This document shows positions 1 through 8,922 of a stretch of DNA of 27,017 nt, piece by piece. The position numbers were made by a program, and so were the translations under genes. The notes under the pieces are model-generated. The model was not told the origin of the DNA. It saw only the letters and a list, made by a program, of their open reading frames with translations, and did no database searches. Each line of letters starts with the position of its first letter. The stretch's first letter is position 1. This DNA comes from an uncultured bacterium (GTDB lineage Bacteria > Krumholzibacteriota > Krumholzibacteriia > Krumholzibacteriales > Krumholzibacteriaceae), in contig CBDUYR010000037.1 of NCBI GenBank assembly GCA_965371515.1, forward strand, positions 1 through 27,017, read 5' to 3'.

Positions 1-2
1 TG

Positions 3-113
3 GGATTTTGCGGGCAGTCGTTCCTGCCTTATGTCGGATTCTACATAGCCCAGGACCTTGACAGGGACAAATTCGAGCCGAGGGCGATACTGAGATTCGA
101 TAAATCGTTCTGA
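3..113 (+). CDS. 3' end (partial) of a probable outer-membrane beta-barrel protein
   Basis: Frame 3 is open from the window edge: GFCGQSFLPYVGFYIAQDLDRDKFEPRAILRFDKSF-TGA(111-113). Alternating hydrophobic residues and a terminal Phe resemble a beta-signal. Not in the supplied ORF track. Confidence 0.55.
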   Translation, partial: GFCGQSFLPYVGFYIAQDLDRDKFEPRAILRFDKSF

Positions 114-134
114 CCTGATAAAGAGGAGTAGAAG

Positions 135-1076
135 TTGTCAGGAATGGCAGATAACGGCACAGCAATGCTGAAGGTCGAAAAGCTCGAGAAGCGGTTCGGC
201 CAGGTTCATGCGCTAAAGGGCATCGACATCGTGCTGGAAAAGCCCGGTGTGTACGGGTTCCTCGGCCCCAATGGGGCGGGGAAGACGACGATGTTCAAGT
301 TGATCGGCGGACTTTTACGGCCAACGAGCGGCAGGATACTGATCGGCGGTATCGATGTGAGAGCCGAGACAGCAAAGGCCGTATCAAGGCTCGGTATACT
401 CTTTGACCAGCCCGCCTACTATCCCTACCTGACTGGAAGGGAGAACCTGTCCGTCTTCAACAGGTGGATGGGCCGGGAAGACCAGGACGGCGCTGACCGT
501 CTCCTCGACATGGTGGGCCTCGGCGGCGCGGGCGGCAGAAAGGTAGGAGGTTACTCGTGGGGGATGAAGAGGCGGCTCGGAATCGCCGCAGCCCTTCTCG
601 GCGATCCCTCCATCCTGCTTCTCGACGAACCGACCAACGGGCTCGATCCGGCGGGGATCGCCGACATGAGAAAACTGCTTCCGCACCTCGCGTGGAAGGA
701 GGGGAAGACGGTGCTTCTTTCGTCCCACAGAATGGAGGAGGTCTCGCAGATATGCGATCACGTGACGATAATTGACAAAGGAGAGATCGCGGCGTCCGGA
801 ACGCCGGCGGAGCTCTCCACCGGGCAGCCATGGATTGAGATAGAGTCTCCCGACGTTGACAGGGCTGTCAGCCTTCTGCAGGAATCGGGTATGGCTGATG
901 AGATCAAGAGGAAGAGTGCGGCAGTGATCGAAGTGCTGGCGGCAGGGAAGACCGCTTCAGCTGTAAATACCCTCCTCGTGGAGAATGGCATCGAGGTCAC
1001 GGGGGTCCGTGAAAAAAGGGAATCACTGGAGGATATCTTCTTCCGGCTTACGGGAGGAGGCGATGATGATAACTGA
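135..1076 (+). CDS. ABC transporter ATP-binding protein (ABC-2/BcrA-like)
   Basis: Walker A GPNGAGKTT, signature YSWGMKRRL, Walker B LLLDEP, H-loop SSH, C-terminal SLEDIF. AGGAG lies upstream of TTG135; ATG144 is an alternative start. Confidence 0.95.
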   Translation: MSGMADNGTAMLKVEKLEKRFGQVHALKGIDIVLEKPGVYGFLGPNGAGKTTMFKLIGGLLRPTSGRILIGGIDVRAETAKAVSRLGILFDQPAYYPYLTGRENLSVFNRWMGREDQDGADRLLDMVGLGGAGGRKVGGYSWGMKRRLGIAAALLGDPSILLLDEPTNGLDPAGIADMRKLLPHLAWKEGKTVLLSSHRMEEVSQICDHVTIIDKGEIAASGTPAELSTGQPWIEIESPDVDRAVSLLQESGMADEIKRKSAAVIEVLAAGKTASAVNTLLVENGIEVTGVREKRESLEDIFFRLTGGGDDDN

Positions 1077-1875
1077 GATCAATAAGGTCCTGCAGGCTGA
1101 GAAGGTCAAATTTCGCAGAAAAAGGACGACATGGTTCGTCCCTGCGGCTGTCGCATTGATGACTCTGCTCGTCTTTCTGGCTATCGCCTACTTCATCGCA
1201 AGGAACTATGCAGGCATTCCAAGCGGGTTCTACCTCGCTTCATCGATTTCAGGGTATATGATAAACATCATCGGGCTTCTTGCCATGATAATCACCTGTT
1301 TCCAGATATCGGGTGAGTTTGCTCTCGGCACGGTAAAGCCGGCATGGGTCAAGGGCCTCTCGAGGCACGGTTGGCTCGCTGGTAAGGTCATCTCAGCTGC
1401 GATGGCAGTTACTGCGCTCTTTCTTGTAGCAGTTGCCGTTTCTCTGATAAGCGCAGGCGCAAGGTATGGATTCACGGACCTCATGGAAAAGGACTTCATA
1501 GTCCACACGTCAGCGGCACTGTGGAAGGGTTACCTTATCAGCACAGCGCTGACGATTTTTTCCCTGTGGGCTGTCGTGACCGTGACATCGATGCTCGCGG
1601 CATATTTCAACCGACCCGGTTCGACAATCGCCGTCGCGGTTCTGATTGCCGTTGTTCTGACCGTCATCTCGTTTTTCAAACCCGTGAGTCCGTTCCTTCT
1701 CACGTCGGCGATCAGTATGCCGTTTGAGCAGATGACGGCTATGTCAAAAGGATTGCCCATTCCCCTCGAATGGGGAGAGCTCATTTGGAAGACCCTGGCC
1801 TGCGCTGGAAGCTGGCTTGCTGTTTCCTGCGCTGTCGGTCACGCGATAATTGCAAGAAAGGAGATCACCTTCTAA
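1063..1875 (+). CDS. ABC-2 type transporter permease
   Basis: About 6 hydrophobic segments; EFALGTVK...SR motif typical of ABC-2 permeases; GGAGG before ATG1063/1066; overlaps the ATPase stop. Confidence 0.88.
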   Translation: MMITEINKVLQAEKVKFRRKRTTWFVPAAVALMTLLVFLAIAYFIARNYAGIPSGFYLASSISGYMINIIGLLAMIITCFQISGEFALGTVKPAWVKGLSRHGWLAGKVISAAMAVTALFLVAVAVSLISAGARYGFTDLMEKDFIVHTSAALWKGYLISTALTIFSLWAVVTVTSMLAAYFNRPGSTIAVAVLIAVVLTVISFFKPVSPFLLTSAISMPFEQMTAMSKGLPIPLEWGELIWKTLACAGSWLAVSCAVGHAIIARKEITF

Positions 1876-1884
1876 CAGGTCATC

Positions 1885-3420
1885 ATGAAGTTTACAACAC
1901 GAATTACTGCTTCGCTGGCATTAGCGGTCCTTATCGCGGGCGTTTTGCCAGGCAGCGTCATGGCCGACGACGAAGCGTTCAAGCTCTCGACTCTGAGAGT
2001 TGCCGACAGGCTCCTTTATGTCGAGGAAGAGGACCTCAACCTCGATGGGCTGAACGATATTCTCATCGTCCACCGTAAGGGACTTCAGCCGAAGGAGACG
2101 AAGTGGGTCTCGATATTCTGGCAGATGGAGGACGGGGGATTCTCGACGGCGGCCGACCAGTCCTGGGAGCTCGATTCGTTGGCCATCTCGATTGATATAG
2201 GCAATGTGGCCGGCGATGAGCGCATGGAACTGTGCATACTTACTCCCACAGGAGTAGGTTATTATCCAATCGACGGTGATATCTACGAGATGACTCTCCA
2301 CGTACTCCTGGAGACAGATGATCTGGCCGGGATGTTTCCATCAAAAAGGACCGTTCCAGTAATCGATTTTGTCAAAGACTGGAATGGCGATGGCCGCGAT
2401 GAGGTCGCCGTATTCAAGTTCAACGGCCTGTCGATCTTTCATCCCGATTCCGGGGGAGCATATACGATAGAGAATGCGCTGGAAATGGAACTGAAGACGG
2501 CCATCGGCAGAGTGATGTCTGAAGGAGAGAAGGATCAGACTCCCGGTCTCTATATGGCCTATTCCTTCCCCGCGATGAAACTTCTGGATTTCGATGGAGA
2601 TGGATTCGATGACCTGTGTGCCACGCGCCAGGGATGGGTAAGGGTCTACAGGCGGAATCCGGACGGCTTCTTCGAGGCAAAACCGATAATCGATCATTAC
2701 TTCGATGTGCTTACTCAGAAAGAGAAGATCGAGGGGATAGCGAACGTTCAGACTCTCGTCTACGATTTGAACAATGACGGCATGGGCGATGCTATCGTGA
2801 CGAAACAGACGGCCAAGGGTCTTTCGAATTTCAGGGGAGTGATCAATGTCTTCAACGGCAGCCCGGAAGGGTTTGCAGACACGCCCGACCAGGTCATCAT
2901 ATCGGAAGGGACAGCTTCGGCACTATCCTTGATCAGGGACGTGAACGGAGATGAGCGACTTGACCTCATCCTTCCCTCGGTAAAGATCAGCATCAGCGCT
3001 ATCATACGTTTCCTGGTGACGAGATCGATCCCGATCAACTTCAATATTTTCCTCCTTCAGGAGGACAACAGGTTTTCCGACCGTCCCGATTTTACTAAGG
3101 AAGTGAAGTTCAAGATCGATTTCTCGGGCGACTCGGATACCCAGGCCATGGATCTCGACGGCGACTACAATGGGGACAAGCACAAGGATTTCGTTTTCGG
3201 GACGGGAGAGACAGAACTGTCTATCTATCTCGGCGAATCGGGCAACAAGGACAGGCTCTTCTCGAAGAAGCCGGTAGCGAAGGTAGAGGCCGAGGCTTAC
3301 GGCAATCTGGAGAGCCCAGACCTGAACAATGACGGATATTCGGACATGATCATCTACTACCCCAACAGCAAGGACAAGAAAGGGATGGTCCAGATTCTGA
3401 TGAACCTTGGCAGAATCTGA
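1885..3420 (+). CDS. Secreted FG-GAP/VCBS repeat protein (Ca-binding beta-propeller-like)
   Basis: Signal peptide (..GSVMA). Repeated DxNxDG motifs: DLNLDG, DWNGDG, DFDGDG, DLNNDG, DVNGDE, DYNGDK, DLNNDG. Confidence 0.85.
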   Translation: MKFTTRITASLALAVLIAGVLPGSVMADDEAFKLSTLRVADRLLYVEEEDLNLDGLNDILIVHRKGLQPKETKWVSIFWQMEDGGFSTAADQSWELDSLAISIDIGNVAGDERMELCILTPTGVGYYPIDGDIYEMTLHVLLETDDLAGMFPSKRTVPVIDFVKDWNGDGRDEVAVFKFNGLSIFHPDSGGAYTIENALEMELKTAIGRVMSEGEKDQTPGLYMAYSFPAMKLLDFDGDGFDDLCATRQGWVRVYRRNPDGFFEAKPIIDHYFDVLTQKEKIEGIANVQTLVYDLNNDGMGDAIVTKQTAKGLSNFRGVINVFNGSPEGFADTPDQVIISEGTASALSLIRDVNGDERLDLILPSVKISISAIIRFLVTRSIPINFNIFLLQEDNRFSDRPDFTKEVKFKIDFSGDSDTQAMDLDGDYNGDKHKDFVFGTGETELSIYLGESGNKDRLFSKKPVAKVEAEAYGNLESPDLNNDGYSDMIIYYPNSKDKKGMVQILMNLGRI

Positions 3421-3432
3421 GATTCTGCCAAG
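3406..3432. repeat. Perfect inverted repeat (13-bp arms) centred on the FG-GAP stop codon
   Basis: CTTGGCAGAATCT-G-AGATTCTGCCAAG. Confidence 0.9.
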
Positions 3433-3471
3433 CTCTCAAATCTCGGAAAGCTCTGACGGAAGGTTCGGAGT

Positions 3472-4788
3472 ATGAGAGACGAGCAGCCCGTCGTTCCCTG
3501 CCCGGTTACAGGAAAAGAGCGTCTCGCCTCGGTCGATACACTGAGGGGAGTCGCCGTTCTCGGTATCCTTGCCATGAACATATACGCCTACGGGCTTCCT
3601 CATATGGCGTACTCCAATCCTACGGTCATCGGAGGATTCGCCGGGCTCGACCGCCTCGCATGGTGGATCGGCTACCTCTTTTTCAACTTCAAGATAATGC
3701 CGATATTCGGGATGCTGTTCGGGGCGGGGCTCGTATTGATGTACGAGAGGTTCACACCGACCGGTGTTTCTTTCAGGAGATTCTGGTACAGGCGGATCCT
3801 ATGGCTCATGCTGATCGGAGTCGTTCACGGATACCTTCTCTGGGTGGGCGACATACTCTTTCTCTACGCGATCTGCGGGCTGTTCCTCTATCTCTTCAGG
3901 AAGAAGACAGTAAAGAAGCTCTTCATCGCAGCCGCAATATTCTACGCAATAATGTTCCTGCCCGGACTAGCCGGCGGAAATTACTTCGGCATGGTTCGGG
4001 ACACGATACTTCCCGAGATCGAACGGAAGATCGAGGCGGGCGAGGAAGTGACCGCCAGGGAAGAGGCGCACAGGGAGCGCTGGGCGGAGACGAAGAAACA
4101 TTACGATCCGTCGCCGGAAGAGCTCGAGAAGAATATAGAGACTTACAGGAACGGGTATATCGGGATCATCAGGCACAGGGCGCCGCTGTATTTAATGACG
4201 ACATCCGTTATGTTGATCATCGGCTCGTTCTGGCCGACCATGGGACTGATGCTGGCCGGCATGGCCTTCATGAAGCTCGGCGTGTTCTCTGCTTCGCGTT
4301 CGAAGAGGTTCTATCTGATCCTCGCAGTGATAGGCTACGGCGCGGGTCTGCCGCTCGCTTACCTGTCGGCCCGGGGCATGATCGCGCACGAATTTTCCTT
4401 CGTCGAGATGTTAAGGATCGATTCACCTCTCAATCATATCGGCGGACCATTCGTTGCGCTCGGCCATATCGGACTGGTGATGCTCGCGTGCAGGGCCGGC
4501 ATTCTCGCCTGCCTGAGGAAGAGGTTTTCCGCCGCGGGAAGGATGGCGCTGAGCAACTATATCGGCCAGACACTTATCTGCACGACGATCTTCTACGGGT
4601 ACGGGCTGGGGTTGTACGCCTCGATAGGGAAGGCGGGACTGATGTTGTTCGTCCTCGGCGTCTGGATCGTCGAACTGATCGTAAGCTCTCTATGGCTGAG
4701 CAGATTCAGATTCGGCCCTATTGAATGGCTGTGGAGGACGCTCACTTACGGAAGCCGTCAGCCGATGCGGAAAAAGCCATCCGTTTGA
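3472..4788 (+). CDS. DUF418 (YeiB-like) integral membrane protein
   Basis: R..SVDTLRGVAVLGILAMNI N-terminal motif, GDILFLYA, GRMALSNY, and C-terminal W...F..GPIEWLWRTLTY motif. Confidence 0.9.
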   Translation: MRDEQPVVPCPVTGKERLASVDTLRGVAVLGILAMNIYAYGLPHMAYSNPTVIGGFAGLDRLAWWIGYLFFNFKIMPIFGMLFGAGLVLMYERFTPTGVSFRRFWYRRILWLMLIGVVHGYLLWVGDILFLYAICGLFLYLFRKKTVKKLFIAAAIFYAIMFLPGLAGGNYFGMVRDTILPEIERKIEAGEEVTAREEAHRERWAETKKHYDPSPEELEKNIETYRNGYIGIIRHRAPLYLMTTSVMLIIGSFWPTMGLMLAGMAFMKLGVFSASRSKRFYLILAVIGYGAGLPLAYLSARGMIAHEFSFVEMLRIDSPLNHIGGPFVALGHIGLVMLACRAGILACLRKRFSAAGRMALSNYIGQTLICTTIFYGYGLGLYASIGKAGLMLFVLGVWIVELIVSSLWLSRFRFGPIEWLWRTLTYGSRQPMRKKPSV

Positions 4789-4841
4789 GCTGGCAAATCC
4801 ATTGAAGGCTGATATATTTAATATATAACAGGGGGTGAACA

Positions 4842-5702
4842 ATGAGAGTCAAGTCACTGCTTGCCGCCCCACTTGCCGCCATCCTTGCCATCAGTCTCGC
4901 CTGCAGCGGCGAGACCAGGGATCCTGTCAGTCAGGGTTCCCCGCGTGATATTTCCGTTCCTGATCTGTCGGAAAACATCCTCATTGCCTACGAGCAGACC
5001 ATCTTCATTGAATCGGAGGGTCTCTCAGTCAAATTCGGGGAGTTCTTGGAGAGCCGCTGCCCGAAAGGCGCGGTGTGTATCTGGGAAGGTGAAGGGATCG
5101 TCGAACTCATCCTGGAGAACAATGAAGGAGATGAGGCAAGCGCTCTGCCCGTGATCAGACCCGGGCGGGACCCCGACAGGTTCACGTGGCTCAAAGCGTA
5201 CGCTCTGGGCTACCGCATCACGCTGCTCGATCTTGAGCCCTACCCCGACATGGACGATCCCTCGAAGCCCGAAGAATACACGGCGCTTCTCGATATCGAG
5301 AGGGTCCCTGATCCGACCGGATGTGACCACGTGATGTTCACTCAGGGCGATGCGACAGCGATGTGCGAAGATGAGTTGATCATAAGGGGGGGCGCAATCG
5401 ACGGTATTGTCCTCGAGGTCTATGTCAGTTACGGAGGGGGCTGCGGTGATCACGAGTTCATACTTCTCGGCAGGCCGTACTTCAAGGAATCGTATCCCGT
5501 GCAGATCGATCTCTACGTGCATCACCGCAACATCGACGATTACTGCGACGCGATAGTCGGCGATACTATCTGTTTCGATGTCCGGAGGGTCGCCGAACTT
5601 TACGAAGGGATCTACCAGTCGTGCGATGATATCCTGATCAACGTGCTCGACTGTAACATGGACGATCCGGACGAGAAGTTCCAGGTGCTGATGAGGCCGT
5701 AG
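4842..5702 (+). CDS. Putative Cys-rich lipoprotein of unknown function
   Basis: Lipobox-like SLA-C21; motifs ESRCPKGAVCIWEG and YGGGC..HEF...ESYPVQ; GGGGTGA RBS. Confidence 0.75.
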   Translation: MRVKSLLAAPLAAILAISLACSGETRDPVSQGSPRDISVPDLSENILIAYEQTIFIESEGLSVKFGEFLESRCPKGAVCIWEGEGIVELILENNEGDEASALPVIRPGRDPDRFTWLKAYALGYRITLLDLEPYPDMDDPSKPEEYTALLDIERVPDPTGCDHVMFTQGDATAMCEDELIIRGGAIDGIVLEVYVSYGGGCGDHEFILLGRPYFKESYPVQIDLYVHHRNIDDYCDAIVGDTICFDVRRVAELYEGIYQSCDDILINVLDCNMDDPDEKFQVLMRP

Positions 5703-5712
5703 GGAGGCGTGG

Positions 5713-6573
5713 TCAGTCTTCGAATCCTTCGAAGCTGCGTCCGGCGTAGGCGTCGCATCTCGAACAGAGCTCGATCTTTTCGCGCTGACCCCTTGCAAGG
5801 TATCCTGCGTATTTCAATCTCTGAGCGCCGTTCCATATATCGAGAACGCTCTCCTCGTTGACGTTCCCGATGACCGCCCTGCCGGCGATATCCCAGCAGC
5901 ACAGGACGGCTCGTCCGTCGGTGTAGAAAAACATCTCCTCGCGCATCTTGATGCATGGCTTGCGGACCATCTCGACGCCCTCGGTCCAGGGCCAGTTGTA
6001 CAGAGGTACGATCAGCGCCCTGTCGACGCGTTCGCTCCAGAACTCGATGTAATCGTGCTGCTCGTGGCGGTTCGATTCCATGTCTATCATCCTGACTTCC
6101 GTCACGACTGTACTGTCCGACTCGCGGGCCATGCGGGCGAACCTCTCGATGTTTCCGACGACCCGGTCGTAGTCGAGTCCGACCCTGTCCTTCTCGTACG
6201 TCTCGGCAGAGAATGCGTCGATACTGAATCTCATCAAGTCGATTCCCGCTTTGATGAGGGCGGCCGCGTTTTTCTCGTTAAGTGCGTTTCCGTTCGTGTT
6301 GATCTCGGCGTGCGCCGTGGCGTCCTGCTTTATGTACGCCACTATCTCGGGGAGCCTTGTATCGATCAGGGCCTCGTTCTGAAGGAACGGCCTGTAAGTG
6401 ATTCCGAGACCGCGGGTGTCGTCGATGATCTTCTTCCAAGTCTCGTCGGGCATTCGCCATGGATTCCTGTCGATATTCTTCTGAGGGCAGAAGGGGCAGT
6501 CGGCGTCGCATCCTATGATAGATTCGATCTGTATGTATCTTGGTTTCTTCGGGAATCTGTTTTTATCAGTCAC
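5713..6573 (-). CDS. Radical SAM protein with C-terminal SPASM/Twitch domain
   Basis: CxxxCxxC = CDADCPFC; NTNG and FSIDA motifs; C-terminal C...DGRAVLCCWD...IGN...IWN...CSRC. Confidence 0.9.
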   Translation of the reverse strand: MTDKNRFPKKPRYIQIESIIGCDADCPFCPQKNIDRNPWRMPDETWKKIIDDTRGLGITYRPFLQNEALIDTRLPEIVAYIKQDATAHAEINTNGNALNEKNAAALIKAGIDLMRFSIDAFSAETYEKDRVGLDYDRVVGNIERFARMARESDSTVVTEVRMIDMESNRHEQHDYIEFWSERVDRALIVPLYNWPWTEGVEMVRKPCIKMREEMFFYTDGRAVLCCWDIAGRAVIGNVNEESVLDIWNGAQRLKYAGYLARGQREKIELCSRCDAYAGRSFEGFED

Positions 6574-6583
6574 TTCAAGCCTT

Positions 6584-7888
6584 TCAAGTGTCGATATATT
6601 TCTCTATCAGATCCAGGCAGCGCGGTGCCGCGCCGCAGCTTCCTCTGATGAATCCCGACGCCTTCTCGCCCAGGGAATCGTGAAGTGCGCGGTCGCCCAG
6701 GAGGGCTGCCGCCTCGCGCGCGAACTCTTCGGGTGAGTGTACTACCTTCCCGGCGCCGAGACGGACCAGCATACCAGCTTCCCATGAATTGTCAATCTTC
6801 GGTCCGAAGAAGACAGGCAGTCCGAGAACCGCAGGCTCCATGACGTTGTGCACGCCCGTCGTCCAACTCCCGCCGACGTACGCGATGTAGCCGGCTCTGT
6901 AGAGTTCAGCGAGGTAGCCGACTCCGTCGGCTACTACCACCGGTGTTTCCGCATCCCACGTATCAAGGGCGGAGAGACGGACGGACCGGAGACCGTTGGC
7001 TTCCAGGGATAGCTCGATCTCGGTGAGTCTCGCATCGGTCGGCTCGTGCGGCGCGACTATCATCGCCGTACCGGGTCGCTCCGCTATGATCGAAGCGAAT
7101 CCAGGTATGAATATCGCCTCGTCCTTCGGCCAGCTGCTCCCCGCGATGACGAGGTCGCGTCCCTTGTCCAGGACCGCCTCGGGAATTTTCACTGTCGAAG
7201 TGTCTATTCTCTGGCAGACCTGGTCGAACCTCGTGTCGCCGGCCGTGATTATCTCCGTTTCATCGCCGAGATATCTCGAGAACCTCTCCGCGTCCTCGTC
7301 GGAGATCGCCGCGATACCGGCCAGAGTAGAATAGAGAGAGCCGTAGAATCTTTTCGCCGGCCCCGACAGTCTCTTCGAGGAGGGGGAAAGGGTTCCCGAT
7401 ACGAGAATCTGGGGGACGCCAGCCTTTCCCGACTCGATAATGAGGTTGGGCCAGAGGTCGAACTTCACGTAGACGATCATGTCAGGCTGCAGGGTTTCGA
7501 GACAGAACCGCACGTTTGAGACGGTATCGAGAGGCAGGTAGTCGACGAACGCGAGGGCGGGATTCTTCGCCGACCTGTCGTGCTTCTCGAAGTAGTTCAT
7601 TCCCGAAGGGGAAAAGAAGGTCAGCGCGATTTGCACCGAATCGCCGTGTCTATCGGCGAGAAGGTCCATGACCGGTCTCGCCTGCAGGAACTCGCCGACA
7701 GAGGAGACGTGAAACCATATCGTCTTTTTCCCGGGATCGAGAGCCGCGGTGCTCTTTTGCCACCTGTCCCTCAGGTCTTTGCGTCCCTCTAAGCCCTCGG
7801 CGATCTTGTCGTTGAACTTCGCCGCTATCTTCGCCCATGCGGCGGCGGCCGGAAGAAGAAGGTTATATATGCCGCGTTCAAAGCTCAT
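6584..7888 (-). CDS. waaA: 3-deoxy-D-manno-octulosonic acid (Kdo) transferase
   Basis: IWFHVSSVGEF, TFFSPSG, YLPLD, GDTRFD, AGSSWPKDE, APHEP, YVGGS..GVHNVMEPA. Start at ATG7888 overlaps the upstream stop (ATGA). Confidence 0.93.
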   Translation of the reverse strand: MSFERGIYNLLLPAAAAWAKIAAKFNDKIAEGLEGRKDLRDRWQKSTAALDPGKKTIWFHVSSVGEFLQARPVMDLLADRHGDSVQIALTFFSPSGMNYFEKHDRSAKNPALAFVDYLPLDTVSNVRFCLETLQPDMIVYVKFDLWPNLIIESGKAGVPQILVSGTLSPSSKRLSGPAKRFYGSLYSTLAGIAAISDEDAERFSRYLGDETEIITAGDTRFDQVCQRIDTSTVKIPEAVLDKGRDLVIAGSSWPKDEAIFIPGFASIIAERPGTAMIVAPHEPTDARLTEIELSLEANGLRSVRLSALDTWDAETPVVVADGVGYLAELYRAGYIAYVGGSWTTGVHNVMEPAVLGLPVFFGPKIDNSWEAGMLVRLGAGKVVHSPEEFAREAAALLGDRALHDSLGEKASGFIRGSCGAAPRCLDLIEKYIDT

Positions 7889-8922
7889 TTTATTTCTCCG
7901 GACGATGCGAGGACCTGTTTTACTGCACCGAGGACCTCGTCGCAAGTGATCAGGTCGAGGCATTTCCTGCTCTCGATATGACAGGGCTTCGCACCGCTTC
8001 GCGAACATGGCCTGCAGTCCAGTTTCTTTTCGAGGACAACGCTCCTGTCGAGGAGCGGGAAGTATCCGAACTGCCTGACGGTCGGGCCGAAGAGAGCCAC
8101 TACGGGAGTGCCCACGGCTTCAGCGATGTGCATGGGCGCAGAGTCGTTTGTGACCAGAACCGATACCTTTCTAAGCGCCGCGGCGGTCTCCATAAGGGAC
8201 AGTCTGCCGCAAGCGTTGACCGAGTCATCCGTATACGCGACCTTGCGGCATATCTCTGTCTCGGAGTCGTCGCCGATGACCAGAACCCCGTTATTAAGAT
8301 CGTGCATGGCGCCTGTAACATCGGCAAATTCCCCGGCCGGCCATCTCTTCGTCTCCCACCTCGCGCCGGGGGCGATCGCCACGACAGTGCGTCCCGATAA
8401 GCCGCTTTCATTGAACAGGGCATCGGCAACGGCTTCAGCCGCAGGCGGTGGATCGAGGCGCGTCGATACGTGGGGTATGACGGCGCCGAGCTCTGCCAGG
8501 AGCCCGAGGTATCTGTCCTTGATCGATGTGGTCTCTGTGTACAGGTCCTTTCCCGCCCGGATAAGGGAGAGCTTGCGGATCTGATCCTTGCCCAGCTGTA
8601 CTTTCCTGCGCGCGCCCAGTGTCCGGAAAAGGATGTTGCTGCGGATCACGTTGTGTGCGTCGATGATCATGTCGTATTTCTCAGACGCCAGCTTCCGCCT
8701 CAATCTTATCAGATCGCCGAAGCCGGCGCCTTCAGGCAGAGCGTGTATTTCCGCTATCTTACGGTTGCTCTCGAAGAGCTCCCTGTACTGCTCCTTCGTA
8801 GCCAGGTGGAGCTCGTGCCCTGGAAAGGCCTCGCCGATCCCTTCCACGAGAGCAGTAAGGAGCACGAGGTCTCCAAGGGAGCTGAACCTTATCAGGAGTA
8901 TCGTGGGACGTTTTTCATTCAT
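7885..8922 (-). CDS. waaF: Glycosyltransferase family 9, LPS heptosyltransferase (WaaF-like)
   Basis: ILLIRFSSLGD, APGARWETKRWP, NDSAPMHIAEAVGTPVVALFGPT, CRPC...C. Start uncertain (8922/8928/8952); WaaF versus WaaC/WaaQ not resolved. Confidence 0.8.
   Translation of the reverse strand: MNEKRPTILLIRFSSLGDLVLLTALVEGIGEAFPGHELHLATKEQYRELFESNRKIAEIHALPEGAGFGDLIRLRRKLASEKYDMIIDAHNVIRSNILFRTLGARRKVQLGKDQIRKLSLIRAGKDLYTETTSIKDRYLGLLAELGAVIPHVSTRLDPPPAAEAVADALFNESGLSGRTVVAIAPGARWETKRWPAGEFADVTGAMHDLNNGVLVIGDDSETEICRKVAYTDDSVNACGRLSLMETAAALRKVSVLVTNDSAPMHIAEAVGTPVVALFGPTVRQFGYFPLLDRSVVLEKKLDCRPCSRSGAKPCHIESRKCLDLITCDEVLGAVKQVLASSGEIK

Noticed and set aside
114..123. CCTGATAAAG identical to the left arm of the uvrA palindrome
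   Set aside because: A single 10-mer half-site adjoining an RBS; plausible by chance.
3660..4724. 354-aa alternative-frame ORF inside DUF418
   Set aside because: Arg/Gly-rich shadow frame expected from GC-rich codon usage; no motifs.
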